This document shows, in pieces, positions 41,601 through 54,410 of a stretch of 64,000 nt of DNA (its first letter is position 1; each line of letters opens with the position of its first letter). Under the pieces are notes generated by a model that saw only the letters and a list, made by a program, of their open reading frames with translations, was not told the DNA's origin and did no database searches. The position numbers and the translations under genes were made by a program. The DNA is from Cycas panzhihuaensis (Eukaryota; Plantae; Cycadophyta): the NCBI GenBank assembly GCA_023213395.1, contig CM041465.1:135973741-136037740 (forward strand). The letters run 5' to 3'.

Positions 41601-42519
41601 GGATCAAATGGCCTTGGAATAAGACAAAAATTTAGAGAAAGGGATGCAATGATGAGAGGTGCCTAGTAGATATGAAATTTTTGAAAAATAAACTTGTATT
41701 AAGAAGAATAGAACTGTGAAATTTTAGGGGGCTATAGGAGCCTAACTAAGCAAAACTAAGTAAAATAAAGCTTGAAACCACCTCAAATCTCTTCTAACAA
41801 GAAGTAAGAATGGGTTTAGGGATGTCAAAATGATGCATAAAGCTCCAACAAGAAGAAATGATCAATATTAGGATTGTAGTAAATGAAAACTGTGATTTTT
41901 CATTCATTTTCTTCAGAAAGCTTAAATCCAAATTCTAGATTAAGTGCAAACGAGCAAATAAGTTACTGTAAGAAGTTGTAAATAACTGGAAATGTTGAAA
42001 TAAATGTGCACACTATAGTTGAAAAACTCTAAAGAAAACTATGATTAAATGAATCATATATATTAAAAATAATAAAAAAATTGTCAAATATTAACAAAAA
42101 GCTATATAAAAATGTTAATAAACTTTATAAAACTGACAAAATATCAATATAAATATTTGCCATGAAGTGAAATCAACATTCTGATATAGATAACCAAGAC
42201 CTACACTCTGATACAGTATTGAAATTTACCAAAGTGCTTTGATACCATGTTAGAATTTACAAAAGTGGTAGGTGCATATATGTAACTCAAGCCATATTCA
42301 AAGTACACTTATGAAATAGCCTTACATTAATCCATTGTGAAGAGAGTATAACTAATTTCTAATAAGTGATGGTGTTGAAGAACACCAGGGTTAGAACTCC
42401 ATAAGATATATAAAATAATAATAGTACACAATAAAATAACTTTATCTTACTTACCATGAAGAAATGTGTGCTCACATATTTTTAAGGTAGGAATTAGGTA
42501 AGGAACATTAATCCCATCA
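38679..42519 (-). mobile_element. Non-autonomous Copia-derived LTR element with only a gag fragment (TR-GAG/LARD-like)
   Basis: LTRs at 38679-38997 and 42248-42519 (TGTTAG...CATCA); perfect TSD TGTAA at 38674-38678 and 42520-42524; PBS GCTTTGATACCA at 42236-42247; PPT at 39000-39010; no PR, IN or RT motifs seen. Confidence 0.93.
39030..39710 (-). pseudogene. Copia gag N-terminal remnant followed by a diverged 139-codon frame
   Basis: MTMNDNNTRFSIFDGINF*I*...ENFKKDNEALALML...SI*DTL parallels the gag at 57582 (ENVKKDNEVLALIF...ETWDTL). It continues, frameshifted, into ORF 39030-39449. Confidence 0.75.
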
Positions 42520-43339
42520 TGTAATTGTTAGGGAGATGTTAAAGCAACTCTTTATTATCTTAATGTTTATTGACTTTGAAGACTTTTTAGACTTACATAG
42601 AAAACATGTTGAGGCCAAGGTAAAGTGGATGCAGTTTAAATGCACCACTATTATCTCCCCCTTAAATCTTAGGCATGCTAGATAGTGTTGACAATTGGGT
42701 TATGGCTCCTACTTCGATGGCTCCCTTTAAGTACATTCCAATGCACAGACTTCATGCACTTGAGAATGCTCCAATTGTGCCATATGTTGATTAGAATCAA
42801 GTGTCATCTCCCATATGCATCAAAAAAGAGATGGATGATGCTTGTGACCTAGCCTTTGGTGTTTATGCCTTGGTTAAATAACAAAGAAGCAATTGATTTG
42901 CTCCTTGCATTTCTAACTTTGGCTTCAATAATGAGTATTTGAGTGGCTATATTTAGTGTTCTTATTTTTTTTAATAGAAAGTTCATTTGAATGAGTCACT
43001 TCCAACCATGTTTTTCTCTGGTTTTTTAGCCTTTATGCATATAGCTTCCTTTTGGGAGTTTAGACAATTCTTGGTGGTTCACAAAGTATCTAATTTAAAG
43101 AACTTATATATATATATAAGATTATTTCAATTTGATTTATAATAAAACAGCAATGACAACAATGTATTCATCTCTTATTTTGCTTTGTTGGTGAATACGA
43201 TATCTATGTTACAAATAAAAAGCAAGGATAACTAAAAATTAATTGTTTGCATGGACAGTTATATTCATCAAACGTCAAATAAGCCTCCGGCACTGAGTAT
43301 GCAGAGTTAGAAAACACCCTGCTTGTAACTGCCTCCCTA

Positions 43340-43590
43340 AATTTAACCGTTATCCTTACCGACTAAATTACAAAAGCATGGCGACCCCCCTGGAAGAGAA
43401 CACAAACCAAAAATATTTAAGGGCGGCCTTTTGACGGCTGCCTGGTGCTGTCAAGGGCTGTGTAGGACTATTCGGTCCAGAAATGTCCCCGTCATCCCCG
43501 ACGAGTTGCCTCCGGACGCCTGCTTCTCTCGGATGAATCTCAAAATTTCAAATCCAACGGTAACTTCCGTAAATTTGAAATTTTTGAATC
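43340..43590 (+). promoter_or_regulatory. CpG-rich proximal promoter with MSA-like AACGG motifs and paired TTTGAA (CHR-like) motifs
   Basis: TCCAACGGTA at 43553-43562; CCGTT at 43347-43351; inverted AAAATTTCAAAT and ATTTGAAATTTT at 43542-43553 and 43573-43584, just before ATG 43598. Confidence 0.4.
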
Positions 43591-43597
43591 TCCATCA

Positions 43598-44780
43598 ATG
43601 GTAGTTCTCTCAGTGGCGGCATCGTGCACGGTCAGACAAGAGGCAACCAACAAGGTCGAGGAAGGATAGAAAAGAAGCAGTTGAGATTGCTTTTTTGGAC
43701 CTGGAGACTACATTTCCTAAGGAAGGACAGAAGCACAGGGTATTGGAATTCAGTGCAGTGCTGCTATCAGCTTACAATTTATCCGAGATTGGCCATTTCA
43801 CTTACCTTATTCGTCCACCAGATGTGTCCCTGGTTCCCAAACACAGAGTACTCGAGTTCAGTCTCGCACCATGCTTTGAGGATCTGGCACCGAAGATATT
43901 CCACATTCTTAATGGTACGCATAAGCTCTCTTTCCATCCGTTTGATCCTCTCATAATTTTATACGAACAATATGTCTCATCTGCAATTCTCCTTTCATAT
44001 GTTTCATATAGTTGAAATTCTGTAATTTTATGTGAATCGCTTTATTAATGTATGATGACAACTAATTGGAATATGAGAATTTCATGGGAGAATCGATCCT
44101 ATGGTTGCACGGAGAGCAGGTAAGATATGGGCAGGCCACAATGTGAAGGCTTTCGATGCCCCCAGGATTCGAGAAGCTTTCCAGGATGTTGGTCATCCTT
44201 CGCCACAAGATGCAAGGATGATCGATACGCTCCCATTGCTCAGGAAGATTTTCCAACGAACACGAGATCACAAGGTCGGGACCGATATTATTAGAACATT
44301 ACAAATTATGATGATCTGCTCCCAGAAAAAATTATTCACAGTATTATAATTTTAAAATAATTTTAAAATATCTTAATATTCGATCTATTCAAACACCTGA
44401 ATGGTTAGCGATATTCGTCATATATCATAATTATTGTAGCTGTGTAATCTAGCTGATTACCTTCATCTTGGAAAGCAATAGCACAGGTAAAACCAGGATC
44501 CAAACTATGCAAAATTAACGTTCATGAAATATATTTACCAAAACATATTTAAGATCACTCTTAATTTGGTATCGTCTTATGAGCTGCACAGAAGCTTAGA
44601 AGATGTGTGTTTGAATCTACAGATTTTGATGCGTTGTGCGACTTTATCAGTTCTGGTAATTCAGTGAAGGAACATAATAGATTTATTTCCAATTGCTTTT
44701 CAATTATAAACAGACGAGGTAACGAATGCTTTGAAAAAATGTTCCTATCTCTACAGGATTCCAATGTTGACGAAAATTAG
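43598..44780 (+). pseudogene. NEN: NEN-family (NAC45/86-dependent exonuclease-domain) DEDDh 3'-5' exonuclease, five exons, probably pseudogenised
   Basis: Exons ~43598-43914, 44120-44274, 44440-44486, 44592-44655 and 44757-44780, all with GT-AG introns. Spliced translation: EIAFLDLETT...LEFSAVL...IRP...ILNG/KIWAGHNVKAFDAPRIREAF...IDTLPLL/LADYLHLGKQ*HR/SLEDVCLNL...CAT. This matches the plant NEN1-4 pattern. In-frame TAG at 44479-44481; nearest ATG (43598) is out of frame. Confidence 0.9.
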
Positions 44781-45002
44781 ATGCCACAAAGGAGGGAATT
44801 TGTAGCAATTCAGAAATTTAAAGTTAACAGTGATTATTGGGCACCGTTCCGGGCCTGGTTCTCTGAGATTCAATAGGATTCTTGGGGCTTTCCACCCGAT
44901 GAAACGGAAAGCAGGTGTTGTTGTATGGAAAACAATTAATTCTCTTTGGATTCACGCCGACAAAAGCATGTGATCACTGCTCACATCCGTATACTTAATT
45001 TG

Positions 45003-45046
45003 TTTGTTTCAAAGAGTCAACATTTTTGTTTCAAAGAGTCAACATT
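45003..45046. repeat. Perfect 22-bp tandem duplication
   Basis: TTTGTTTCAAAGAGTCAACATT x2. Confidence 0.9.
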
Positions 45047-47688
45047 TATATGGCAAACGTAATACTCTGCATGCATCTGGAATATGCACGAATTGTATGT
45101 ATAGTTAGACACATTAGATATCTTCAAACCCAAGATTCTCATCCAAAGTAAAATTGCATCAATGTGACTATTAGGAATGAAATACCAAGAGCTACGAATA
45201 AAATCATGGCAAATAAATTTCATTATAATTAATTTATTTTTATTTAAATTTATTATTATTATTTATATAGTAAAACATTTGATTAAAATACTAACTAGAG
45301 CTAGTGCTTGTGAAGATTACAATGTATTGTGCCTACTCAAAATCATATTAGAGAAAACTAATTTGTGCAACCCACAATAAACAAATGTAGTCTATTCAGT
45401 CATCAAATTAGTCTCAAATGCACTTAATCCAAGGGACGTAGAGATCTCTAAGACTTTAGGAAGAATTATAACCCTTGGATCAAGCACATTTGAGGCAAAT
45501 TATAGATAAGAAAGAAAAGGTTAAAAGACCTAAGGTGTTTTAATATGAGAATACTAAAATAAGTACATCATTCATTATAATGTTTAGTAAACTATAAAGT
45601 ATAAGGCCACTAGTTAGCATAATATCTAAAGTTTCCACGTGAATATTAAGTAAGCTACCTAAATCAAGTTATTTCTTAATAATATACTATATACATTCTA
45701 CAAATTGGCCTTAAATGCAACCAATCCAATTGTTGTAGTGTTCCATAAGACTCCTACAAGTATTACATTCTTTCAATTAGTAACATCTAAGGTGATTATC
45801 TACAACACATAGAGTGTTGCATCCCTTGCTTGATTATCTTTCTTATAATCGTGGTCTTTAAGATTAGTAGATCTCTAAGATTAGTACAGGAACAACTTGT
45901 CAATACACGAGGAGGATGGCAATTAAGGTGGCAATAGGTACAAAGAAAATTATGATGAATATAGAGACAAATAAAGGATATACTTATAGTTATAGGAAAA
46001 GGATGAGAAAAGTGCCAATAAAAGTATAATATAGATAAACTAATGATGAAGATTGATCACTTATGGAGTTAAATTTTGTTTTTATATTATTCAATTCTTT
46101 AATTATTAAAACTCTTAAGGATTTGACCTTATTATTCAAGTGAACCAAATTAAGTATAATTTAATTAAGATATTTGGTATATAATTAAATTATTATTTTA
46201 TTCAATTAATTCATGAAGGTATTTTAAAATATTAATATTAATAAAATGAAATCATTAATATTGAATTTAATAATATAGGCTTTTTAGAGAATAAAATTGA
46301 TTTTATTTCAATGTTTTTAAGTTTTATGAAAATGAAATGAAAAAATTCGTTTACTTGTTAAAAAGTGTACTAAGATCGATTTTGGATCACATGATAAATT
46401 ATGATTAAGTTCAATATTATAATTCATAAATATGAGGTGAAATATAAATGTGAAATATATAAAAATAAAATATGCATCATAACATAAAATAGTGTTGGGA
46501 GAAATGATCATATTTATTATTATATTATAAAATAATATATATTTATAGATACAATTCACTTCAAATATGTCTAATGATATTAGATATATTTTAAGATAAT
46601 TTATTATTCATATATAAGTATGTAAATTGTAAATATATATTTTAATAATATTTATATATTAATATATACACAAGAGTACATCTATTTGTAATGGCTATAT
46701 TCAATATTTGAGGGAGGACTATTACAATAATCATGGATTGATTATCAATTAAATATTATTTTTTAATATTCTCTCATAATGTTTAATTTTATTTTTTATA
46801 TTACATTATTAGATTTTGTCTTCATCTCTAAATTAATTCACATTTATTTCTTTTTGTGTTTATTGTTCTTTTCTAATTTTTTTACAAGAAATTTATTATC
46901 ACATTGTTTAGAATTATAATATTAGGGTTATGATTTTATAAAGTGATAAACATATTTTAAGTGTCTAGTTAGAATTAATTATAATTTAATTATATTAACA
47001 AAGCATAAATAATTAGTAATTAATTATTATTAATTTATAGTAATCTGTTGTAATTTTTGTTATCATTCACAAAGGATATTTTGACCATGAATTTAATACA
47101 TAATTTTAATTAATAAAATTTTAAAAATATGGTCTAAATAGGGTATTTAATATCCATCATAAATGTAAAATAGATTTATTCAATTGATGTGATATTTTTA
47201 CATGCATTTTTTATCAATAGGCTCTCATAAATGTCATTTGAAGTTATAAACATTATTGTTTGTAGGAAAAAATGTTAAATAAAAAAAAATGTTTGAAGTT
47301 TTAAAAAAATAAATTAGTTAAAGATCTCTTCATCATATATAATAATTTTTTTTTAATTATTAGAATTTTGTTTTAAAATCAATAGTCTTTCATCCACTTA
47401 TTTTAAATAAATCAAAGTAATAAATTTGATGAAATTAAATTTTAAATTTATATGCAAAAGTTATAATAATAATGATGAGTGAAGATCAAAATTTATAAAA
47501 GTTATAATAAAAATAATGAGTGAAGATCTAAAAATTTTGACTTCACATAAAAAATTAATGTTTAGTCCCTTTTGTTTAAGATAATGGTTGCATATATTCA
47601 TCGTATAAAACCAAGCGTTAAAGGAAAGGGGGTTTTAGTGGATTTTAATAATTTATTTAATTTAAGTTTATATGTCACAAATATTAGA

Positions 47689-47697
<9 letters not shown>

Positions 47698-47734
<37 letters not shown>
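47698..47734. repeat. (TG)n microsatellite preceded by (TA)n
   Basis: About 18 TG units, read directly. Confidence 0.97.
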
Positions 47735-47742
<8 letters not shown>

Positions 47743-48599
47743 TATAAATTTAATCATTATTTAAATTTTTTGTTGACGATTTGTATGTGAGGGATTTACA
47801 CAATTTTTTTCTACATGTAAATATAATTTATATAGTATTTACATATTCTTCCATAGGTATGGGGCATGTCATAGCATCTTATCATCTCATACCATGGATT
47901 ATCTCAAAGGTGTAGACTCAAGAGGGGGTATTTTAGAAGGAATGCCTATAGATGAATTCATATCTTTAACTCTATTAAGAGCAACAAGAAGCCTAAAGGG
48001 GCCTATGAGATCTTTTATATCAACAAAGGATGAAATGCTTATGAATAATAGTTTTAATATATTAGTATTAAGTACATTGGTATCCATAGCTACTTCCATA
48101 TGCAATAATAAGGAAGTTGTTAAGCTAAAATTAAAATTTATAGTCCCACTTGGTATTTCCTTGTTAACAAGAGTAAGGTTATAAAAATTTAAGAATTACC
48201 AAACAACTTTAACATGTAATACATGTTAAGAATCACCAAACCATTTATCAAAAGAAGTAGCATTTCCTTAAAAAATACATGAAACATTAATTATTTAAAA
48301 GTAGATAATAGAAGTTCAAACCTAAATTTGAAACAAAATCTAATTAACAAATGGGATGAGTTTAAATAAATGATTCATGCCATTTTTAAAAGGGATAAAA
48401 AATAAAAATGATGGCATTAACTAGTTTACCATTAGTCATTATTCCATTTAGAAGGTGTTGGGACTAACCTCAATGTTATTAAAAGACCTGTGTGTCTAGG
48501 GCCCTTCAAAGGCACTTTTGAGGCCTCTTAGGGCACCTTGAGCCTCCCAATATCCATCAGGAGTTGACACTACTTTATTAAGGTACGCGTCACTACCTT

Positions 48600-51500
48600 T
48601 TTTTTTAATAAGGTAAAATAATATTGAAAGGGTTTTAACTAGGTCCCCAAACCCTGTACATCAAGGCCCAATGGCTTAGAACAGATGACCATGACAGGCC
48701 CATGGTCTAGCCCAGATATAATCCTCTCATCCTCCCATGTCTACCTCCCTGGTATGTGCATCAACCCTGACCCCTCGAACTCTTAGGATAGTCTTCCTTC
48801 TAGACTTTAGTTCTTTTATTTATCACGGCCCAGTTTGCCAGCCAGTCTGCAGCCAAGTTCCCTTCCCTATAAGTGTGCTAAATCTGGACACCAATTTTAG
48901 AGCTTAGAACATCTTGGACATCCCTAATAATATCTATGTTATCCCACCTAGGATCTGCCTCCCCTCTTAAACAATTTATGACATATATAGAATCACCTTC
49001 TATGATCACCTTCTGCACTCCCTCCTCGTCCATCAGAACCGTCGCCCTCAACATGGCCTGAACCTCGGCTTTCTGGTTCGATTGGATACCTAAGTATTCC
49101 GCGAAAGCCCACTTCAAATTTCCCACATGATCCCTGCATAGGCCTCCTCCTCCCGCCTCTCCGGGATTGCCTTTGGCCGCACCATCAAAATTAATTTTTT
49201 CCCAAGTTATGTCTAGAGGGCTCCATTTAGTTGCACTTCTCCTCTCTCTACCCCCTTTCAAAGGAACTATACCCCAGTCCTCAAGGATCCCAACTTCCCC
49301 CTTAGGGATCCTGTCCTCCTTTAGGGGGACCAGCAGCTCTGAGATACCCTTCCCGATCTCAGCAAGAAAAATCACAATATCCTTCTCTTTATCCTCAAAA
49401 ATCCTCCTATTTCATTCTTTCCAAATAAACCAGGAGCCTACCGGGAGGATCATCTTCTAGAGGCTAACAAGGGTTTTGCTTTTGAATGAAGAGATCCAAG
49501 CTAACCACTGGTCTTTTAGGGACTTTGATGATACCCAAATTAGGCCCATCCTAGACCATATTTCGCTCCAAATACCAATAGTATAGGGGCAGTGGATACA
49601 CAGGTGATCCAAGGATTCAGCTTCCAACTTGCATAGAATGCACCTATTCGCCAACTGGAAGCCCCTTTTCAAGAGATTATCCATTGTGACTATTTTGTTT
49701 TATAGGCATAACCACCAAAAAGTGGTGATCTTTGGGAGCATCCCCATCTTCTAGACCCCAGCTAGTAAATCATTCCTATCCCAGCCCTCCCTGATCATCA
49801 TCAGATTATAACCGGCTTTTATCGTATATGATCCCATTGGCGAAAGGGGCCAAACCAGAGTATCTGGTAAGGGTTGCTTCGGAATGTACAGGTTTTCTAA
49901 AACCGCCTTCAATCTGTGGATCTCCTCCTCTAGGCCTTGCAACTCCTCAAACGATCTCCATCGCCTATCGTTTTCCTGCCCCACCCAATAATTCTTAACA
50001 ATAGACCCATAGTTGTTCACGTTGTCCCTCTTCATGGTGCCGATATTAGGCAAGTCCTCTAGTTTAGAGTGACAAACCATTTGTCTTCCCAGAACCTTAT
50101 ACTTTCTCCATCCCCCAGTTTCCAATGCATGCCATCTCGTAGGAGAGGCTGTGAGGACCGAATGGCCCTCCATATAAGGGAGCCCTCTAGGCACTGACCC
50201 TCCTCCAACAGAAAATGTTTGTCTCTAAGGTACTTCCTTGCAATAATTCTTCCCCAGACCGATCTGGCTTCTTTGATGAGTCTCCACCCCGTCTTTTCCA
50301 AAAGAGCTTCATTAAATAGGCCCAACCTTCTAACGTTGAGACCTCCCACCCACTTATGCTTACAGACCTTCTCCCATGACACTAGATGGACTCTCTTTTT
50401 GTCTTCGGCTCCAGACCAAAGAAATCTCTTCATAATTCCTTCCAATATAGAGATAACCATACTCGGCATCTTAAATATGATCATTTTATAGACAGGGATA
50501 CTCTGTAGGGAGGTCGCCACTAACTGAATTTTTCTAGCCCAACTGAGAAGAGCCCCTTTCCATCCTGCCAGTTTCCTATTGAATCTACTCACAATTGGGT
50601 CCCACAAATTCTTCCCCATCTTACCCATGAATAGAGGCATTCCTAGGTATGCACTAGGGAAAGGGGTCCTGGAGATCTCTATAACCCTGCAGATGCTTCT
50701 TTGCAGCCTCTCCGTTGTATTAATAAAGAAGGCTAAGCTTTTAACCAGATTGATTCTTTGGTTGGTAGCCTTTTCGTAAGTCTGTAGACCCATTTTTAGG
50801 GCCCTGGCCTCCTCAAGGGAGGCCTTGCACAAAAAAATATCATCATCTACAAACTGGTGATGTACAATATTGTCCAAATTAGAGGATGCTCTCAAACCTG
50901 TTAACCTCCCCAACCACTGGGCCTCCATGGTTGCCTTACCTAACAATTCTGCCATGATAATAAATAGGGAAGGAGAGAGGGGATCACCTTGTCTTAACCC
51001 CCTAGATCCAGTAAATAAAGGAGTCGACCTCCCATTTATAATCATTGAAAATGATACCCTGGATATACAGCATCTCATCCAATCCCTCCATACCTCCCTA
51101 AAACCAAACGCCTTTAAGGCCCAAGAGACCCCTGTGCCACCGGTACTAGGCTTTGGACATATCTATTTTAATTATCATACCCGCTTCCTTACGATGAAGA
51201 GTCAAATGTAGGATTTCGTGGACAGTTATAATACCATCTGTGGTTTATCTTGCTTTAACAAAACCATCTTGGTTAGGAGAAATAATTGCCGAGAGGATCT
51301 CCCTAAGACGGTTTGCTAACACTTTAGCCAGTATCTTGTATTTTACATTGCAAAGACTAATCGATCTAAAATCCTCCATGACATCCGCACCCTCCTTCTT
51401 CAGGATCAGAACTAGAAAGGTAGCCTGCCACTCCTTCAGAATTGTCCATCTTAGAAAGAATTCATTTAGCGTTGTTATTAGGTCATCCTTGATTATCTCC

Positions 51501-53003
51501 CAGTATTCTTGAAAAAATCTAGGAGGAAACCCATCCAGCCCCAGGGCCTTATCCCTACCCATCTCAAATAAGGCCCTCTCGACTTCTTCTTGGGAGAAGG
51601 GTTCTATCAATTTATTGTTAAGAGCCTCAGAGATCACTTTCGGAATATATTACAAAAAAGCCACCCTTAGATCAGGGTCCTCACAACCTGGTTCAGTATA
51701 TAACTCCTTGAAGTAATTCATCGTAATTCCTCCAATCTGGTCCTCTACCTCATGCATAGCCCCATCCCTGGTCCAAAGTTTACTGATTCTGTTATAAGCC
51801 ATGTGCTTCAAAGTGGACAGGTGGAAGAACTTAGTATTTCTATCCTCCTCCCTTATCCACTGCTCTCTGGATTTTTGCTTCCCGAAGATTTCCTCCCTTG
51901 CCAGCACCTCCTCTAATTTCCTAGAATTGGAATGTTCCATTTGGTCCAAATCCTGGGTTCTTCCCTCATGCTGGATCCTATCCTCTATCCCTTTTAGCTC
52001 CGATAACAGGGCACCTTTATCTTCAAAAATGTTTCCAAAGACCTCCCTATTCCATATCTTGATTTGTTGCTTGATCCAATTCAGCTTCTTCGAGAACCTG
52101 AACATGGCGCAACCCTGAACCGGGACTCCCCACCAATCTCCAATCCTCCCCCTAAGGTTCGGGTGCTTCTGCCATATGAGTTTGAAATGAAAGGGTGCCC
52201 CCTTATGATGACCCGGTACAGTCCCCTCAAGAATAAGAGGAGAGTGGTCTTACCTAGATTTTGGGACAACCTCCAATTTAATGCCTTCAAAGTGACAGGC
52301 CCATTCATAGTTTGTTAACATCCTATCCAATCTACACTGTATGTGATTATGGCCTAGCCACTGTTGGACCATGTATACCTAGCTCCCCTGAGGAGAACGT
52401 CCATCATGCCTCCTATCTGCAAGAACATACCAAGATCAGACATACTCCTGGTCTAACTAACTTGCCCCCCTTTCTTCTCTTCCCCTTCTCCAAATCTTGT
52501 TAAGCACCTCACTTTCTTTAGTCTGTTCCAATTTTATCTCCTGTAAAAGGACAAGATCCGCTCCTATCCTAATCCTTAGTTCTTTCACCAATCTCTGCTT
52601 GGATGGGGCATTTAGCCCCCTAATGTTCCAGGATAAAACCTTCATAGATATCCTGGATCTACAACCCTCATCCCTTCCTGCTCCTGAGGATAGGGCCTTC
52701 TAGCGCATCCCCCTCCTTTATCGTACTCTGATAACCCATATCAATCTGAGCCTATGTTTCTTTTTCTCTGGTGGCCTTTTTAGGAGGTCTACCCACCTTC
52801 TTCTCCATCCCAAAATCTAGGGCCCTCTTCAAATCTGATGTATTACATTTTGAAACCCATTTGCGTGTCCCGGCTCCTCCTTTATCTAAGTCTGCGCCTT
52901 TGAGCCCAGTTCCTGCACCTCCTTCAGCTGTAATACCTGCCTGTCCTTCCTCTTGGATCTGCTCTCTCGGTCCCCCCTCTTCAGTCTCTGATAAGTAGTC
53001 CTA
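48600..53003 (-). mobile_element. L1-clade LINE (3' end of ORF1; ORF2 APE-RT-zf-RNase H), decayed, 5'-truncated
   Basis: ORF2 starts MKVLSWNIRGLN at 52645. Motifs: DRNTKFFH, KALGLDGFPP, GLRQGDPLSP, QFVDD, RCILCKLEAESLDHLCIHC, KINFDGAAKGNPG. Poly(T) at 48598-48606; 16-bp TSD TACG(C/T)GTCACTACCTT at 48584-48599 and 53004-53019. Confidence 0.97.
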
Positions 53004-53934
53004 TACGTGTCACTACCTTATTAAGGTATGTGTTTTCATTTATTATTGTTATTGTTTTAATATATTTTAAATTATATGTCGGTTAATGTGTAGGTCGAGT
53101 GATGGCACTTGCTGTCTCCTCAAAAACTCTATTTAAAGGGTGAGAATACCTTCCTAGTGTTTTTTAACACTGGCAATATTCAGAAATCACTTATTTTCTC
53201 AAAATGTATTTGATCTAATGTCCTACTATACTCCTCTAAATCAATCATTTAGTATTAGAGTCAAAGAGGTATTTGATAATTGTTTATGCTGATATAGCTT
53301 TTCATACATCTAGTAAAATAATTGCATGTGACTGCTTGTTAGAATCTTGGCAAGCTCACTGTCTACTAAAGAAGATGGTTCAGAGTTTTGACCGTTCTGA
53401 AAGAAGTTCTCACACTGTGAAGCTCTGAAGTCAGCATTCTACAAACCTGTCACAGTGATTTTATCAAGTTCTTCGTGTTTTTTTTTTAAATACAAATATA
53501 CATATACTCGTTATTTATTTGATTTATTTTCTTCAATATATTTAAAGTATTTATTTTCGTTTGTGGTTGCTCACCTCCTTATCGTTGCTTGTCATCTACC
53601 TTTCTTTTTTTGTGATCTATCTGCTATGAATCTGTTGTTGCACTTGCTAACGTAAAATTGTCAACAATAGGGCTTCTAGTAACCCCCACTATTTTGTATA
53701 ACTCTATCACGGCTATGAATTTCTCTTACTATCTGCATATTTGCATCAGCCTGTATGTCCTACGTAGTCCGTTCTAACTTAGTGCAGCTCCTATTCTCCT
53801 ATGTGTATCCTTTAGTCAAAAGAGAAAGGTATATTCTTTTCTTTTATTTTTGTTCTCTGACCGCCAACCGTGTCCCACCTGCTTTCACAGTCATTTTGAG
53901 GAAGAGTGTGGTTGTTAAGTCCCATAGGACTTGC

Positions 53935-54410
53935 TCATTTAGAGTTGTAGAACTTGATAGTGAATATTCCCAAATGTGAACATCCTTTGGTTATTAACCA
54001 ATGCGGCAACTGACTTAGATCTTAGTCATTAAAACCACTTCCAATTTAACTTACGTACAGAAAGTAGTGAGGGATGTAATAGACTGAACCCGCACGGATA
54101 AAATTTGAGAAATCCCTTGGTTTATTTACAAAGAGGAGAATAGTATATTTATCCTCTGCACTATCCATTGCATCCAAAACCTGGTACACAAATTGAATCT
54201 CCACGTTAAAAGCATTATTGGCCTCTCTCCTTAGTATTTCACCCTCGGTCATTCCTTTAGCAATCTTCTCTGCATCTTATGCTCTAATTTGATCCTTCCT
54301 CTACTCAATTTTGTATCTTTTTTTTGCATTTTAAGACAATTTAACATTTGCTTGGAATTTTAAAAATTTAACAAATCACCTACTGTCGTTTTCTCTAGTC
54401 GATTAATCAA
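53935..54410 (-). other. Antisense coding-like segment of unknown origin within the Copia leader
   Basis: ORF 54046-54252 extends through TAA codons (plausibly from CAA) to ...DLSQLPHWLITKGCSHLGIFTIKFYNSK*. An upstream frame ends in an ATGA stop/start overlap. The region retains CpGs. Confidence 0.4.

Noticed and set aside
43624-43956. 110-aa ORF, and minus-strand ORFs 44062-44271 and 44561-44764
   Set aside because: Alternative frames overlapping the spliced NEN-like gene.
47572-48184. ORFs 47572-47790, 47894-48184 and 47899-48105 as genes
   Set aside because: One reads through a microsatellite; the others show no recognisable domain or splice structure.
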